Positions 21,793 to 31,722 of a DNA stretch of 64,000 nt are shown here, piece after piece. Where the stretch lies: positions 2,336,001-2,400,000 of the forward strand of contig OZ253375.1 in the NCBI GenBank assembly GCA_965261005.1. The letters are read 5' to 3'. Within the stretch, counting starts at the first letter, position 1; each line of letters starts with the position of its first letter. The notes beneath the pieces were generated by a model. The model made no database searches. It had not been told where the DNA came from and saw only the letters and a list, made by a program, of their open reading frames with translations. This DNA is from Deinococcus sp. (GTDB lineage: Bacteria; Deinococcota; Deinococci; Deinococcales; Deinococcaceae). Made by a program: the position numbers and the translations under genes.

Positions 21793-22566
21793 ATGAATGA
21801 GCAGTCTGACTTTCGGGAACGGGTGCGGGCGCTGGTGGCCGAGGGCAAACTCACCGCCGAGGAGGCGGGGCAGCTGCTGTCCGGGAGCGTGCGGGTGACG
21901 GACGAAGGGCCGGGGGAGAGCACACCCCGGCGCATGATCGTCAAGATGGCCGGCGCGAACGTGCAGGTCCACTACGACGCCGCCCTGAGCGCGCCGCAGG
22001 TGAGCAGCGAGGGCGAGGGCCGCATGGAGCTGCGGGCCACGCCGGAGGGCTGGCTGCTGCGCCGCGACGACCAGCAGGAAGGGTGGCTGGAGCGCCTGAC
22101 GGGCGGCTGGCTGCGCGACGGCCTCAAGGTGGAGTTGCGCCTGCCGCCCGACTTTCTGGACCTCGACATCGACCTGAGCGGCGGCAACGTGCGCCTGCAC
22201 GATCTGGGGGCGCGCGTCAAGGCCAAGCTGGCCGGCGGCAACCTGACCCTGGGCCGGGTGAGCGCGCTGAACGTGAGCGTTATGGGCGGCAACGTGAACG
22301 CCACCTGCCACTTCGCGGGCGGCGAGCACGGCGTCAAGGTGATGGGCGGCAACGCCAACCTGACCGTGCTCGACCCCGCCCACGTCCGCCTGAGCGCCAA
22401 CGTGGTCGGCGGCAACTTACGAACCCACGGCTTCGCGGTGCGGCGGCGCGACACCAGCCCGGCCACCGCGCACTTCGAGAGCGAGGGCGAGGGTGACGCC
22501 ACCCTGCTGCTGAACCTCACCGGCGGCAACGCCACTGTGACGGGCGAGGGGGTGACCTCCCTGTGA
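21793..22566 (+). CDS. SHOCT-like N-terminus plus DUF4097-like beta-repeat protein
   Basis: LVAEGKLTAEEAGQLL followed by repeated GGN motifs. Confidence 0.65.
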   Translation: MNEQSDFRERVRALVAEGKLTAEEAGQLLSGSVRVTDEGPGESTPRRMIVKMAGANVQVHYDAALSAPQVSSEGEGRMELRATPEGWLLRRDDQQEGWLERLTGGWLRDGLKVELRLPPDFLDLDIDLSGGNVRLHDLGARVKAKLAGGNLTLGRVSALNVSVMGGNVNATCHFAGGEHGVKVMGGNANLTVLDPAHVRLSANVVGGNLRTHGFAVRRRDTSPATAHFESEGEGDATLLLNLTGGNATVTGEGVTSL

Positions 22567-22701
22567 AACCCTTTCCGAAAAATTTTGTGTTGTACCCAAA
22601 TTTTTCCGAGCGGACGCGCGTGGGAACAGCATACGGGTTTCGGGAATTGGAGTCGGTTCGGGCGCTTTTCCAGAACCGACGGAAATGGACGGAATCCGTA
22701 T
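22565..22701 (-). repeat. SRE-like miniature repeat, reverse orientation
   Basis: Reverse complement ATACGGATTCCG...CCGTATGCTGTTCCCACGCGCGTCCGCTCGG resembles the copy at 34584; its end supplies ATG 22700. Confidence 0.75.
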
Positions 22702-23245
22702 GAGAGAGCAGATCAGGCGCATTCTGGAGATGCGGGCCGGCGGCCGGCTGAACACCGAGGACGCCGCCCAACTGCTGGCCGCTTTATCGAACAAGCTGAA
22801 TTTGCCCGATGAAGCGTGGCCGCACGTCTTCGCCCTGCTCCAAGAGGGCGCCTTCAGCCCCGAGGAGGTCGCGGGCCTGCTGGAAGTCAAGGCCGGGCTG
22901 CGGCGCGGGCCGGAAGGGTTGGAGGCGCTGATGGAGGACGTGCCGCGCCGGGTGCGCGAGGCGCTGAACGGGGCGACCGCCAGGGCCGGGCGCGGCGCCA
23001 AGACGGGCGCGACCCTGCGTGTGGAGATCGAGGACAGTTCTGGCTCCGAGCTGCGCGCCAACCTGCCGCTCTCGCTGGCCGAGCACACCGCCAAGCTGCT
23101 GCCCCCGCGCGTGCTGGGCGTCCTGGAGCAGCAGGGCGTCAGCCCCGAGGCTCTGACCATGCTGCTCACGGCGGGGCCACCCCCCGGCGAATTGCTCTCA
23201 ATTGAGGCGAGCGACGGCACCGCGATTCGCCTGACGGTCGAGTAG
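22700..23245 (+). CDS. SHOCT-like domain protein
   Basis: MREQIRRILEM...EDAAQLLAAL; C-terminal RANLPLSLA...IRLTVE. Confidence 0.7.
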   Translation: MREQIRRILEMRAGGRLNTEDAAQLLAALSNKLNLPDEAWPHVFALLQEGAFSPEEVAGLLEVKAGLRRGPEGLEALMEDVPRRVREALNGATARAGRGAKTGATLRVEIEDSSGSELRANLPLSLAEHTAKLLPPRVLGVLEQQGVSPEALTMLLTAGPPPGELLSIEASDGTAIRLTVE

Positions 23246-23261
23246 ACGGATAACCTGACCT

Positions 23262-23618
23262 ATGCCCAACCCCTTGCCGCTGCCCTTTCCCGGCGTTCAG
23301 GAAGCGCCCGTCGTGACCGAGCTGCACTTTCCCTTATCGGGCGTGACGGTGCGCGGCGAGTTCGACCTCAACGAGTTCGCCACCCTGCACGGCGACAACC
23401 TGGAATTCCTGCGCCTGTACATCAAGGTGCGCGGCAACCTCAAGGAGGTCGAGCGCATCCTGGGCGTCTCCTACCCCACCGTGCGCGCCCGCTTTGACGC
23501 CACCCTGCGCGCCATCGGCTACGAGCCGGGCGAACCCGACCCCCGCGACGAGACGCTGGCCCTCCTAGAGCGCGGCCAGATCAGCCCCGAGGAGGCGCTG
23601 AAAAGGTTGAGGAAGTAG
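23262..23618 (+). CDS. DUF2089 domain (HTH) protein
   Basis: RGNLKEVERILGVSYPTVRAR, LERGQISPEEA. Confidence 0.88.
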   Translation: MPNPLPLPFPGVQEAPVVTELHFPLSGVTVRGEFDLNEFATLHGDNLEFLRLYIKVRGNLKEVERILGVSYPTVRARFDATLRAIGYEPGEPDPRDETLALLERGQISPEEALKRLRK

Positions 23619-23937
23619 GCTCCAGCAGGGCGCGCACGGCGGCGCTGAACTGCTCGTAGGTCTCGCACTTCCCTTTCAGGGCGCCGCGTCCGGCCTGGGT
23701 CAGGGTGTAGAAGCGCACCGGCGAGCCGCCGCGCGGCAGCTGCTGAAACTCGCCCACGATCCAGCCGGCTTTTTCCAGGCGGTGCAAGGCCGGGTAGAGG
23801 CTTCCCTCTTTAAACAGGAAGCGCCCGTCCGTGCGCGCCTGCACCTCCTGAATAATTTGCCCCCCGTACTTGGTGCCCTCGTTCAGCACCGCCAGCAGAA
23901 TCAAGTCGAGGTGTCCCTTGAGCAAGTTGGCGTCCAC
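23581..23937 (-). CDS. PadR family transcriptional regulator
   Basis: LLKGHLDLILL, KYG, EGSLYPALHRLEKAG. Confidence 0.93.
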   Translation of the reverse strand: MDANLLKGHLDLILLAVLNEGTKYGGQIIQEVQARTDGRFLFKEGSLYPALHRLEKAGWIVGEFQQLPRGGSPVRFYTLTQAGRGALKGKCETYEQFSAAVRALLEPTSSTFSAPPRG

Positions 23938-24025
23938 GCTTTCCCCCTTCGGGTCATAGATAAGCTATGACCCGAGGACATCGTATTCCTAGAGACATAG
24001 AAATACAAGGTGTTGAGAAGCTCTA

Positions 24026-24088
24026 CTCCCCTCCCTCCTTGAGGGGAAGCGCGAAGCACCCCGAAGGGAGGGGCCGGGGGTGGGGGGT
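24026..24088. repeat. C/G-rich palindromic intergenic repeat, copy A
   Basis: CTCCCCTCCC...GGGAGGGGCCGGGGGTGGGGGG. Confidence 0.7.
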
Positions 24089-24091
24089 TTC

Positions 24092-25621
24092 CTACGCGAA
24101 CTCGGCCTCTTGCGCCAGCTCGGGCACGCCGATGGGCAGCTTGACGCTGACGGTGGTGCCCTGTCCCAGCTCGCTCTCGACCCAGACGCCGCCGCCGTGG
24201 GCGTCCACGATGGCCTTGACGATGGCGAGACCCAGCCCCGAGCCGCCCTGATCGCGCGAGCGCGACTCCTCGACGCGGTAAAAGCGGCCGAACAGCTTGC
24301 CCAGGTGTTCGGCGGCGATGCCGGGGCCGTTGTCGCTGACGCGCAACAGCACGTCGTCGCCGTCGCGTCGGCCGGACACCGTGACCAAGGTAGACCCAGC
24401 CTTGAGGGCGTTCGAGACCAGGTTGAGGACGACTTGGCGCAGCTTGTCCGGGTCGGCGTACAGCTCGACCTCGTCGCCGCCCACCGTGATCTGGGCGCCG
24501 TTTTCCTGCGCCAGGGGCCGCAGTTCGCGGCAGATGTCGTCGAGGAACAGCTTGACCAGCACCGGCTGGCGGCGCAGCTGCACCACGCCGCTGTCGCTGC
24601 GCGCCAGTTCCAACAGGGAGGCGATCAAGCCGCTGAGGCGGTCGGCCTCGTTCTTGATGATGTTGAGGCTTTCGCGCTGCTGGGGGTTCGGCTGGGTGCG
24701 GCGCAGCAGGTAGCTGGCGTGGCCGCCGATGGCCGTGACCGGGGTGCGCAGCTCGTGGCTGGCGTCCGAGGTGAAGCGCCGCTGCACCTCGAAGGAGCGC
24801 TCCAAGCGGTCGAGCATGCCGTTGAGGGCCAGCGCCAGCGCCTCGACCTCGTCGCCGCTGTTGGGCGTGGGCACCCGCTGGCGCAAAGTCTTTTCGCTGA
24901 TGGACTCGGCCGCCTTGCGCACCAACCTGAGCGGCAAGAGCGCCCGACCGGCCAAGGCGTAGGTGCCCAGGCCCGCCGCCAGCACGCCCAGCAGCGACAC
25001 CAACAGCATAATCAGCTGAAGCGTGCTGACCGTGCGGTACACCGGGGTCAGGTCGCGCGCCAGGTGCAGAATGCCGCTGTACTGCACCTCGGTGTTGTCC
25101 AGAAGGGACACGTAACGGTACGGAACCACGGTGGAGAGGACCAGCGTCGGAATGGTCTTGCCGCTGCCCGGCCGCTGAAGCTGCGACGTGGTGTACACGA
25201 AGCCGAAGCGCTGCAAGCGCGCCAGGGCGCCTTGGTCCAGCACGAAGGGCACCTCGCCGGGGCGCTCGCCCGGTCGGTCTTGCAGGTTGTAGCTGGTGGC
25301 CTGACCGGGCAGAATGCTTTCGCCCAGGAATTCGGTGCTGACCTGGCTCAACTGCTGGGGACTCAGGCCGGGCACCTCGTCAAAGCTGGCGTACAGCGAG
25401 GGGTCCTCGAAACCGATGCCTTGCAGCGTGGGTGAGGATCCCCACAACGGGGCGCGGTCGCGCCTGGGGTCCGTCACTTGGCGCAAATCGGCGCTCAGGG
25501 TGGTCTTCAAGTTGCCCTGCAAGCTGTTGCCCAGCACGCCCACCACGGCCACCGCGATCACCAGCAGCAGCAGGGCCAGCAGCGTGGTGTAAAACAGCGT
25601 GAGGCGCCAGCGCAGGGTCAT
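24092..25621 (-). CDS. HAMP sensor histidine kinase
   Basis: Two TM helices, DASHELRTP, NLVSNALK, DNGPGI, GGSGLGL. Confidence 0.95.
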   Translation of the reverse strand: MTLRWRLTLFYTTLLALLLLVIAVAVVGVLGNSLQGNLKTTLSADLRQVTDPRRDRAPLWGSSPTLQGIGFEDPSLYASFDEVPGLSPQQLSQVSTEFLGESILPGQATSYNLQDRPGERPGEVPFVLDQGALARLQRFGFVYTTSQLQRPGSGKTIPTLVLSTVVPYRYVSLLDNTEVQYSGILHLARDLTPVYRTVSTLQLIMLLVSLLGVLAAGLGTYALAGRALLPLRLVRKAAESISEKTLRQRVPTPNSGDEVEALALALNGMLDRLERSFEVQRRFTSDASHELRTPVTAIGGHASYLLRRTQPNPQQRESLNIIKNEADRLSGLIASLLELARSDSGVVQLRRQPVLVKLFLDDICRELRPLAQENGAQITVGGDEVELYADPDKLRQVVLNLVSNALKAGSTLVTVSGRRDGDDVLLRVSDNGPGIAAEHLGKLFGRFYRVEESRSRDQGGSGLGLAIVKAIVDAHGGGVWVESELGQGTTVSVKLPIGVPELAQEAEFA

Positions 25622-25688
25622 GGGTATCAGGGTAGTGGGGTGTGGGGCATGGAGCAAGTGTCAAAGCGCCCAGACCGCAGAATCCGTA

Positions 25689-25854
25689 TCATACGGGATT
25701 GCTTAGATTCCAACCTATGTTGAAAAAGCACCAACATAGATTTCCATCGTCGCCATCCCGTACTCTCTTGTACTCGCTCCGCGTCTTGGGCAGAACGGCA
25801 CCTATCGGGCCTGCTCGCTCGGATTCGTCTTCGACTCATCTTAAGTTCGTATCA
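25689..25854 (+). repeat. SRE-like miniature repeat with a 36-bp extra module, between regulator and kinase genes
   Basis: Aligns to 8087-8216 except for the insertion 25783-25818; terminal TCA is the regulator's stop. Confidence 0.85.
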
Positions 25855-26529
25855 CTCCTCGCGCAACACGTACCCGACACCGCGCACGGTGTGGATCAAC
25901 CGCCGCTCGCCGCCTTCCTCCAGCTTGCGGCGCAGGTAGCCGATGTACACGTCCACGACGTTGCTGCCGCCGGTGTACTCGGGCCAAACCTTTTCCTCGA
26001 TCTCGAAGCGGGAAAACACCTTGCCGGGGTTGCGGGCCAGCAGTTCGAGCAACTCGAACTCCTTGGCCGACAGCTCCACCCGCCGCCCACCCCGGAAAAT
26101 TTCGCGTCCGTCGAGGTTCATCACCAAGTCGGCCACCCGCACCTCCCCGGTGACAGCCGGATTGACCCGGCGCAGGTGGGCGCGCACGCGGGCCAGCAGC
26201 TCCTCAATGGAAAAGGGCTTGACCAGGTAGTCGTCGGCGCCGGAGTCGAGGCCCTCGACCTTGTCCTGAATGTTGTCCTTGGCGGTCAGGATGATAATCG
26301 GGGTGTTGGAGGTCTTGCGAATGCGCCGGGCGACTTCCAGGCCGTCCAGCACCGGCAGCATCAAGTCGAGAATCACCAGATCGGGGGACACCTCGCGGAA
26401 TTTGGACAGGCCGGTCACGCCGTCGAAGGCCACCTCGGTGGCGTAACCTTCGGCGGCCAGCTCCAGCTCGATAAAGCGGGCGATGTCTTTTTCGTCTTCA
26501 ATGACGAGGACCAGCGGCTTGCGTTCCAT
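25852..26529 (-). CDS. OmpR family response regulator
   Basis: [24 protein letters not shown]. Confidence 0.96.
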   Translation of the reverse strand: MERKPLVLVIEDEKDIARFIELELAAEGYATEVAFDGVTGLSKFREVSPDLVILDLMLPVLDGLEVARRIRKTSNTPIIILTAKDNIQDKVEGLDSGADDYLVKPFSIEELLARVRAHLRRVNPAVTGEVRVADLVMNLDGREIFRGGRRVELSAKEFELLELLARNPGKVFSRFEIEEKVWPEYTGGSNVVDVYIGYLRRKLEEGGERRLIHTVRGVGYVLREE

Positions 26530-26575
26530 ACCATCAGTCTAGGAAGCTCTCTCATGAGAACAGCGGGCCGTTGTC

Positions 26576-27160
26576 TCAACTGCTTTTCACGTGGAACATG
26601 TGCGGCAAGGTGACCAGGCGGGCGACCCCGGCGCACACCGGAAAATCGCGCAGCGCCAAGTTGGGCAAGGCTTCGACCGCGCAGCCGGGGGTGAGCGCCA
26701 AGGTTTCCCCGCACACCAGCGTGTCGCCGCCCCGTCCCGCGTCGCACAAGCGGCGGGCCAAGTTGACCGGCAATCCGTGGGCGGTCAGGCTGCCGCCCAC
26801 CGAGCCGAGCAGCACCGCGCCGCTGGCCACGCCGGCGCGCACGCTGAGGCGCACGCCAAGCCGCGCGGCGAGGCCCACCTTGGCGGCGCGCAAGTGGGCC
26901 TGGACGGCCGCCTGCAAGGCGCTGGTGGCCTCAAAGCTCGGCCAAATCGCCACGACCGCGTCGCCCTGATGCTGCAACACCTCGCCGCCATAAGACGCGC
27001 AGCACAGAATCAAGACCTGCAACGTCTCGGCCATCAGGGCGCCGTACAGTTCGAGCGAGAGCTGCTGCGCGAGGCGGGTGCTGCCGACCACGTCCACGAA
27101 CAACACGCTGACTTCCCGCCGGGCGGGGGGCAAGGTGAGCAGCGGCAAGGGAATGGTCAT
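26576..27160 (-). CDS. stand-alone class III nucleotidyl cyclase domain protein
   Basis: [31 protein letters not shown]. Confidence 0.82.
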   Translation of the reverse strand: MTIPLPLLTLPPARREVSVLFVDVVGSTRLAQQLSLELYGALMAETLQVLILCCASYGGEVLQHQGDAVVAIWPSFEATSALQAAVQAHLRAAKVGLAARLGVRLSVRAGVASGAVLLGSVGGSLTAHGLPVNLARRLCDAGRGGDTLVCGETLALTPGCAVEALPNLALRDFPVCAGVARLVTLPHMFHVKSS

Positions 27161-27275
27161 GGGCGTAAGGGCAGGTCCGATGCTCAAGATGCCATCAGAT
27201 TTCACTAATCTTAACTCATCCTTCCACGCCGGTGTGTACAACTTCACATTCTGACGAACCGATCAGCTTGGCCGG

Positions 27276-27701
27276 CTAGCTTGGCAGCGCGAAGCCGTGC
27301 AGGGGGGGCAAGGTCTTGAAGCGCACCCAGTCGCCCACCTGCACGGGGGGCCAGCCGCCGAAGCGGCCGAGCACGATGGGCAGGCGGGCGCGCACCACGC
27401 CGAGGCCGCGCCCCACCTCCAGCACCTCGCCCACGCCTTCCACCTCGGACACGCCGAGGGCGCGCCAAGTCTCCTCGCGCGCGTCCGTCAGCTCGATCAT
27501 GTCGGCCACGCCGTGCACGATCAGCTGGCCCTCGCCGGGCCGGGCCGCGTAGGGTCCCGAGCGGTCGAACAGGTACAGCACCCGCCCGGCGGCGGCGAAC
27601 TCCAACAGAGGGCTGCCCTCCCCTTGCGGGTAAATCGTGCCGTGTGCGGCGTGCGCCCGAAAGCGCGCCACGAATTCCTCGACCGAGCTTTCCAAAACCA
27701 T
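27276..27701 (-). CDS. hypothetical protein
   Basis: Clean ORF with host codon usage; TAGAAT 7 nt upstream of ATG. Confidence 0.7.
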   Translation of the reverse strand: MVLESSVEEFVARFRAHAAHGTIYPQGEGSPLLEFAAAGRVLYLFDRSGPYAARPGEGQLIVHGVADMIELTDAREETWRALGVSEVEGVGEVLEVGRGLGVVRARLPIVLGRFGGWPPVQVGDWVRFKTLPPLHGFALPS

Positions 27702-27711
27702 AGCTGCCATT

Positions 27712-27969
27712 CTAGGACCGGTCCTCTAGCAGCACGTCCAAACCCGGCAGCGTCCAGTTGGCCCCGGTGAGCAGCGGGTCGGCGCGCTCCAGCGCGAAGG
27801 TGCCCTCCACCTCGCGCAGGGTGTGGATCAGCAGCAGCCCGGTGACGCGCTCCAGGTACGCCCAGGCCGGGCTGCTCGCAGTCTGGGCGTCACGCGCCCG
27901 GCGCAATTCGCGCAGGGCGGCGCGCTCGTCGCCCCGCGCAAAGGCGCGCCGCGCTTCCCCCGGAATCAA
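27712..27969 (-). CDS. small hypothetical protein (start uncertain)
   Basis: Operon-like position downstream of the prenyltransferase; ...[29 protein letters not shown]. Confidence 0.55.
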   Translation of the reverse strand: MIPGEARRAFARGDERAALRELRRARDAQTASSPAWAYLERVTGLLLIHTLREVEGTFALERADPLLTGANWTLPGLDVLLEDRS

Positions 27970-27980
27970 GCCAGCCGGAA

Positions 27981-28871
27981 TCAGGTCAAGCTGCGCCACG
28001 CCACGTCGAGGGCCACGCCCAGCAACATGGTCAGCGAGAGCCACATGTTGGCGTCGAAAAAGGCGACGTTGACCTTGGTGAGGTCGTTCGGGTTGATGAT
28101 GCGGTGCTCGTACAGCAAGATGGCGCCCATCACCAGGGCGGCGGCGTAGTACGGCCAAGCGGCGCCGGCGAGCAGGCCGGTCAACAGCAGCAACGCGAAG
28201 GTGAGCGCGTGCGCCCACGCCGCGATGTTGAGGGACCGACTCAGGCCGAAGCGCGCAGGAATGCTGTGAACGCGGTGGGCGCGGTCAAAGGCGAGGTCCT
28301 GGGTGGCGTAGATCACGTCGAGGCCGACCATCCAAAACACCACCACCAGCCACAGCGCGGCGGCCGCCGGGTCCCATCTCCCGGTCACGGCGATCCAGCC
28401 GCCCGCCGCCGCCGCGCCGTCGGTGACGCCCAGCCAGACGTGGCACAGCCAGGTGTAGCGCTTGGTGTAGGGATAAGCGATCAAGAAGAAGACCGCCAGC
28501 GGCAGCAGCGCGAGGGTCAGGGGATTGAGGTTGAGGGCGGCCAGCAGGAGGGCGCCCAGACTGACCACGATCAACCAGGTCGCCTGCGCCGGCGAGACTC
28601 GCCCCTTTGGGATGTCCCGGTTCGCCGTGCGCGGGTTGAGGGCGTCCAAGCGCGCGTCGATCAAGCGGTTGGCCGCCATCGCGGCGGTGCGGGCGCCGGC
28701 CATCGCCAGCGTCACCCACAGCACGGTCGCCAGGCCCGGCCAGCCGGTGCCCAGGGTCTTTTGTGCCGCCAGCAGCATGCCGGCGTAGGCAAAGGGCAGC
28801 GCGAAGACGGTGTGCTCGAACTTGACGAGGTCGAAGAGGGTTTTCAGGCGGGGAAGGGCGGGGGTGGCCAC
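27981..28871 (-). CDS. UbiA-family prenyltransferase, MqnP-like (futalosine menaquinone pathway)
   Basis: [46 protein letters not shown]. Confidence 0.88.
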   Translation of the reverse strand: MATPALPRLKTLFDLVKFEHTVFALPFAYAGMLLAAQKTLGTGWPGLATVLWVTLAMAGARTAAMAANRLIDARLDALNPRTANRDIPKGRVSPAQATWLIVVSLGALLLAALNLNPLTLALLPLAVFFLIAYPYTKRYTWLCHVWLGVTDGAAAAGGWIAVTGRWDPAAAALWLVVVFWMVGLDVIYATQDLAFDRAHRVHSIPARFGLSRSLNIAAWAHALTFALLLLTGLLAGAAWPYYAAALVMGAILLYEHRIINPNDLTKVNVAFFDANMWLSLTMLLGVALDVAWRSLT

Positions 28872-28899
28872 GGGGGGCCAGCATACCGCCGGTTGGGGC

Positions 28900-29164
28900 G
28901 AGAGCGGCCAATCAAGGTTACGAAGGTGCCCGCGTTCGTCAGGGTGGCGCCCAGCGCGGCCACCGACATCACCAGCGGCAGGTAGGGCAGCGCGAACTCC
29001 AGCACGCCGCCCGCGTCCGGGTGCAAGCTCAGGTGGTGCGCCAGTCGCGAGATCACCACCACGAACACCAGGTCGTAGAACAGCTCCAGAAACGAGACGC
29101 GCCGCTCCTCGTCGCCGGCGTGCAACGTGGGGCGCTGCCACCAGGTGCGAATTCAGTCGGTCAT
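28900..29164 (-). pseudogene. truncated low-temperature requirement A (LtrA)-like gene
   Basis: [19 protein letters not shown] motif; TGA at codon 4 and only about 90 codons remain. Confidence 0.75.
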
Positions 29165-29189
29165 GCGCCATGCTAAGTGTAAAAAGGCT

Positions 29190-30161
29190 CTATTCCGGCT
29201 TGGCCTCGCGTCCCATCAGCTCGGCGAGGCCCTGCGCCGGATGGAGCTGGCCGCTCACCACGGCGTTCACCGCGCGCACGATGGGCAAGTCGAAGCCGGC
29301 GGCGTCGGCCCAGTCGGCCAGCAGGGCGCTCGTCCGCAGTCCCTCGATCACCTGCCCACCCACCTGGCTACCCTGGGCCAGCTTCTCGCCGCGCGCAATG
29401 CGCTCGCCGGCGGCGCGGTTGCGCGAGTGGCGGCTGAAGGCGGTCGCCATCAAGTCGCCCAGGCCCGACAGGCCGTAGATGGTGTCTGCCCGCGCTCCCT
29501 GCGCCACGGCGTAGCGCTCCATCTCGCGCAGCCCGCGCGTCATCAGGGACGCCTTGGCGTTGTCGCCCAACTCCAGGCCGTCCACCATGCCGCCCGCCAG
29601 GGCCATCACGTTCTTGAGGACGCCGCCCAGCTCCACCCCGGCCACGTCGGCGGAGGTGTAGACCCGCAAGCTGGGCGTCAGTAAGGCGGCCTGCACCGTG
29701 AGGGCGAACGCCTCGTCCGCGCTGGCAACCACGCTGGCGGCGGGCAACCCGCGCCCGACCTCCTCGGCGTGGTTGGGGCCGGAGAGAACGGCCACGCGCG
29801 AGGGGCCTAGGTCCGCCGCCGCCGCCCGCGACAGCCGCCGGCCGTCTGCGGCCAGTCCCTTGGCGGCCAAGACCACACCCAACGTTTTCGGCAGCGCGCC
29901 GAGCAGGTCGGCCGTTCCGGCGCTGGGCACCGCCAGCAGCGCCCAACCGAACGAAGAACACGCGGCGAGGTCGGCCGTGACCCGCACGCCGCTTGGCAAG
30001 CTCACGCCCGGCAGGTAGGAGGCGTTTTCCCGGCTTTGTTCCAGCGCACGCGCGAACTCCGGCCGCCGCGCCCAAAGGGTGACCTCGCGGCCGTGCGCTG
30101 CCAGCATGACCGAGAGCGCCGTGCCCCAGCCGCCCGCCCCCAGGATCAGCACGGACCTCAT
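29190..30161 (-). CDS. gpsA: NAD(P)H-dependent glycerol-3-phosphate dehydrogenase
   Basis: [33 protein letters not shown]. Confidence 0.96.
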   Translation of the reverse strand: MRSVLILGAGGWGTALSVMLAAHGREVTLWARRPEFARALEQSRENASYLPGVSLPSGVRVTADLAACSSFGWALLAVPSAGTADLLGALPKTLGVVLAAKGLAADGRRLSRAAAADLGPSRVAVLSGPNHAEEVGRGLPAASVVASADEAFALTVQAALLTPSLRVYTSADVAGVELGGVLKNVMALAGGMVDGLELGDNAKASLMTRGLREMERYAVAQGARADTIYGLSGLGDLMATAFSRHSRNRAAGERIARGEKLAQGSQVGGQVIEGLRTSALLADWADAAGFDLPIVRAVNAVVSGQLHPAQGLAELMGREAKPE

Positions 30162-30946
30162 ACCAGCTGTCGAGGCAGCCCCCGCCCCGGCGCCGCGTTG
30201 TGCGCGAAGACCCATACCCGCGCCGCGTCCGGGGGGGGCGGCGCGTAGTCGGGAAACTCGCACACGAGCCACTGCCCAAAGCCCGCCCCGCTTAGCAGCG
30301 GCTCCAAGTCCTGCGGGTCGTAGCCGCGCTCCTCGTGAACCTCCACGAACTCCTCTTCCTGCACATCGTCACCCGTCAAGCGGCAGCGCGCCTCCACCAC
30401 GCCTACGGCGCGCGCCGCGTCGTAGCGGTGCGACCAGCGGTAATGGACCTCGCCCCCGCCCGGCAGGGGAGCCACGCCCTCGATGGCCCCCTCCTCCCAC
30501 AAGTCGCGCACGCCCAGGCGGGTGTTCACGTCAAAGGCGAGGACGCCCCCGGGCCTCAGGTGCGCCCGCGCCCGCGTCAGGGCCGCCAGCAAGTCACGTG
30601 GCTCGGTCAGGTTGTTGAGGGAGTCGAAGAGGCAGGTCACCAGGTCAAAGGTCTCGCCGAGGTCGAAGGTCGTCAGGTCCCCCTCCACGAAGCGCACCCC
30701 CGGCAGCGCGCGGCGCGCGACGGCCAGCATGTCCTGGGAGCGGTCGAGGCCGGTCACGCGCAGACCGCGCTCCGCGAAAGGGCGGCTGGAGGCGCCGGTG
30801 CCGCAGGCGAGGTCGAGCACGCTCTCTGTGGGAACGCCCTCGCTTCCCAGGTACTCCAGCACGAAGTCGGCCCAGGCGCCGTACTCGATGTCGGACATGA
30901 TGGCGTCGTAGACGCTGGCGAGGGCGGTGAAAGGGGGACGTTGCAC
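30158..30946 (-). CDS. class I SAM-dependent methyltransferase
   Basis: [31 protein letters not shown]. Confidence 0.92.
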   Translation of the reverse strand: MQRPPFTALASVYDAIMSDIEYGAWADFVLEYLGSEGVPTESVLDLACGTGASSRPFAERGLRVTGLDRSQDMLAVARRALPGVRFVEGDLTTFDLGETFDLVTCLFDSLNNLTEPRDLLAALTRARAHLRPGGVLAFDVNTRLGVRDLWEEGAIEGVAPLPGGGEVHYRWSHRYDAARAVGVVEARCRLTGDDVQEEEFVEVHEERGYDPQDLEPLLSGAGFGQWLVCEFPDYAPPPPDAARVWVFAHNAAPGRGLPRQLV

Positions 30947-31049
30947 CGGGTCACTGTAGCAATCCTGGCAAGCAGCAACCCGGGCAGGCTGACGTGTTCG
31001 TGAATATCGCCACAACTTTTCCAGGCTGGAAGGTGGGGGGCGCGCCGTT

Positions 31050-31188
31050 TAGAGCATTTGTCAGAAGTGTTGAGCGCCCTTCTCAATACTTCCCGAGTGG
31101 AACGAGTAGCAAGGGGAGGGCATTTGTCAATGGCATGGAGCGGCGCAGGCGAAGCCGGAGGCGCGCAATAGAATTGACAAATGCTCTA
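31050..31188. mobile_element. 139-bp MITE-like element with 14-bp terminal inverted repeats
   Basis: TAGAGCATTTGTCA (31050-31063) and TGACAAATGCTCTA (31175-31188), TA at both ends. Confidence 0.85.
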
Positions 31189-31209
31189 GGCTGGCGTCGG
31201 AGGTTTCCC

Positions 31210-31653
31210 ATGCACACACGTCTTCTCGGCCTCGCCGCCGCCGCTTCCCTGACGCTCGCCGCCTGCAACAGCGCCGTGGGCAACGTGAACGCCCCCGACG
31301 TCAGCGGCGCCCTGACCGGCTTTCCAAACACCCAAGGCGTGAACCTGGCGCTGGTGGGCTTCGGCGCGGGCGGCGTCACCAACAACTCGACCCAGGCGGC
31401 CGTGATTGACCCGAGGGTGTTCGACGCCTACGCCTTCGACCTCCCCCAGAACGGCCCGAGCGGCACCTACAAGCTGATCGCTTACCGCGACGCCAACACC
31501 AACGGCAGCTTTGACCTCGGCGAGACCGTCACCGCCCAGAACGACATGAATTTGGTCTACGACGCCCAGAACGGCTGGCGCATCCAGAACGCCGACGGCA
31601 GCTACAAGACCCGGCCCCTCAACAACTACAACCTCGCCTACAACGATCAGTAG
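31210..31653 (+). CDS. lipoprotein
   Basis: Lipobox LAAC; AYRDANTNGSFD Ca-binding-like motif. Confidence 0.8.
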   Translation: MHTRLLGLAAAASLTLAACNSAVGNVNAPDVSGALTGFPNTQGVNLALVGFGAGGVTNNSTQAAVIDPRVFDAYAFDLPQNGPSGTYKLIAYRDANTNGSFDLGETVTAQNDMNLVYDAQNGWRIQNADGSYKTRPLNNYNLAYNDQ

Positions 31654-31722
31654 GGCGGAACCGAGCTATGTGAAGGGCCGGAGCTTTTGCTTTGGCCCTT
31701 TTCTCAGGGGTTATCCTGCCGC

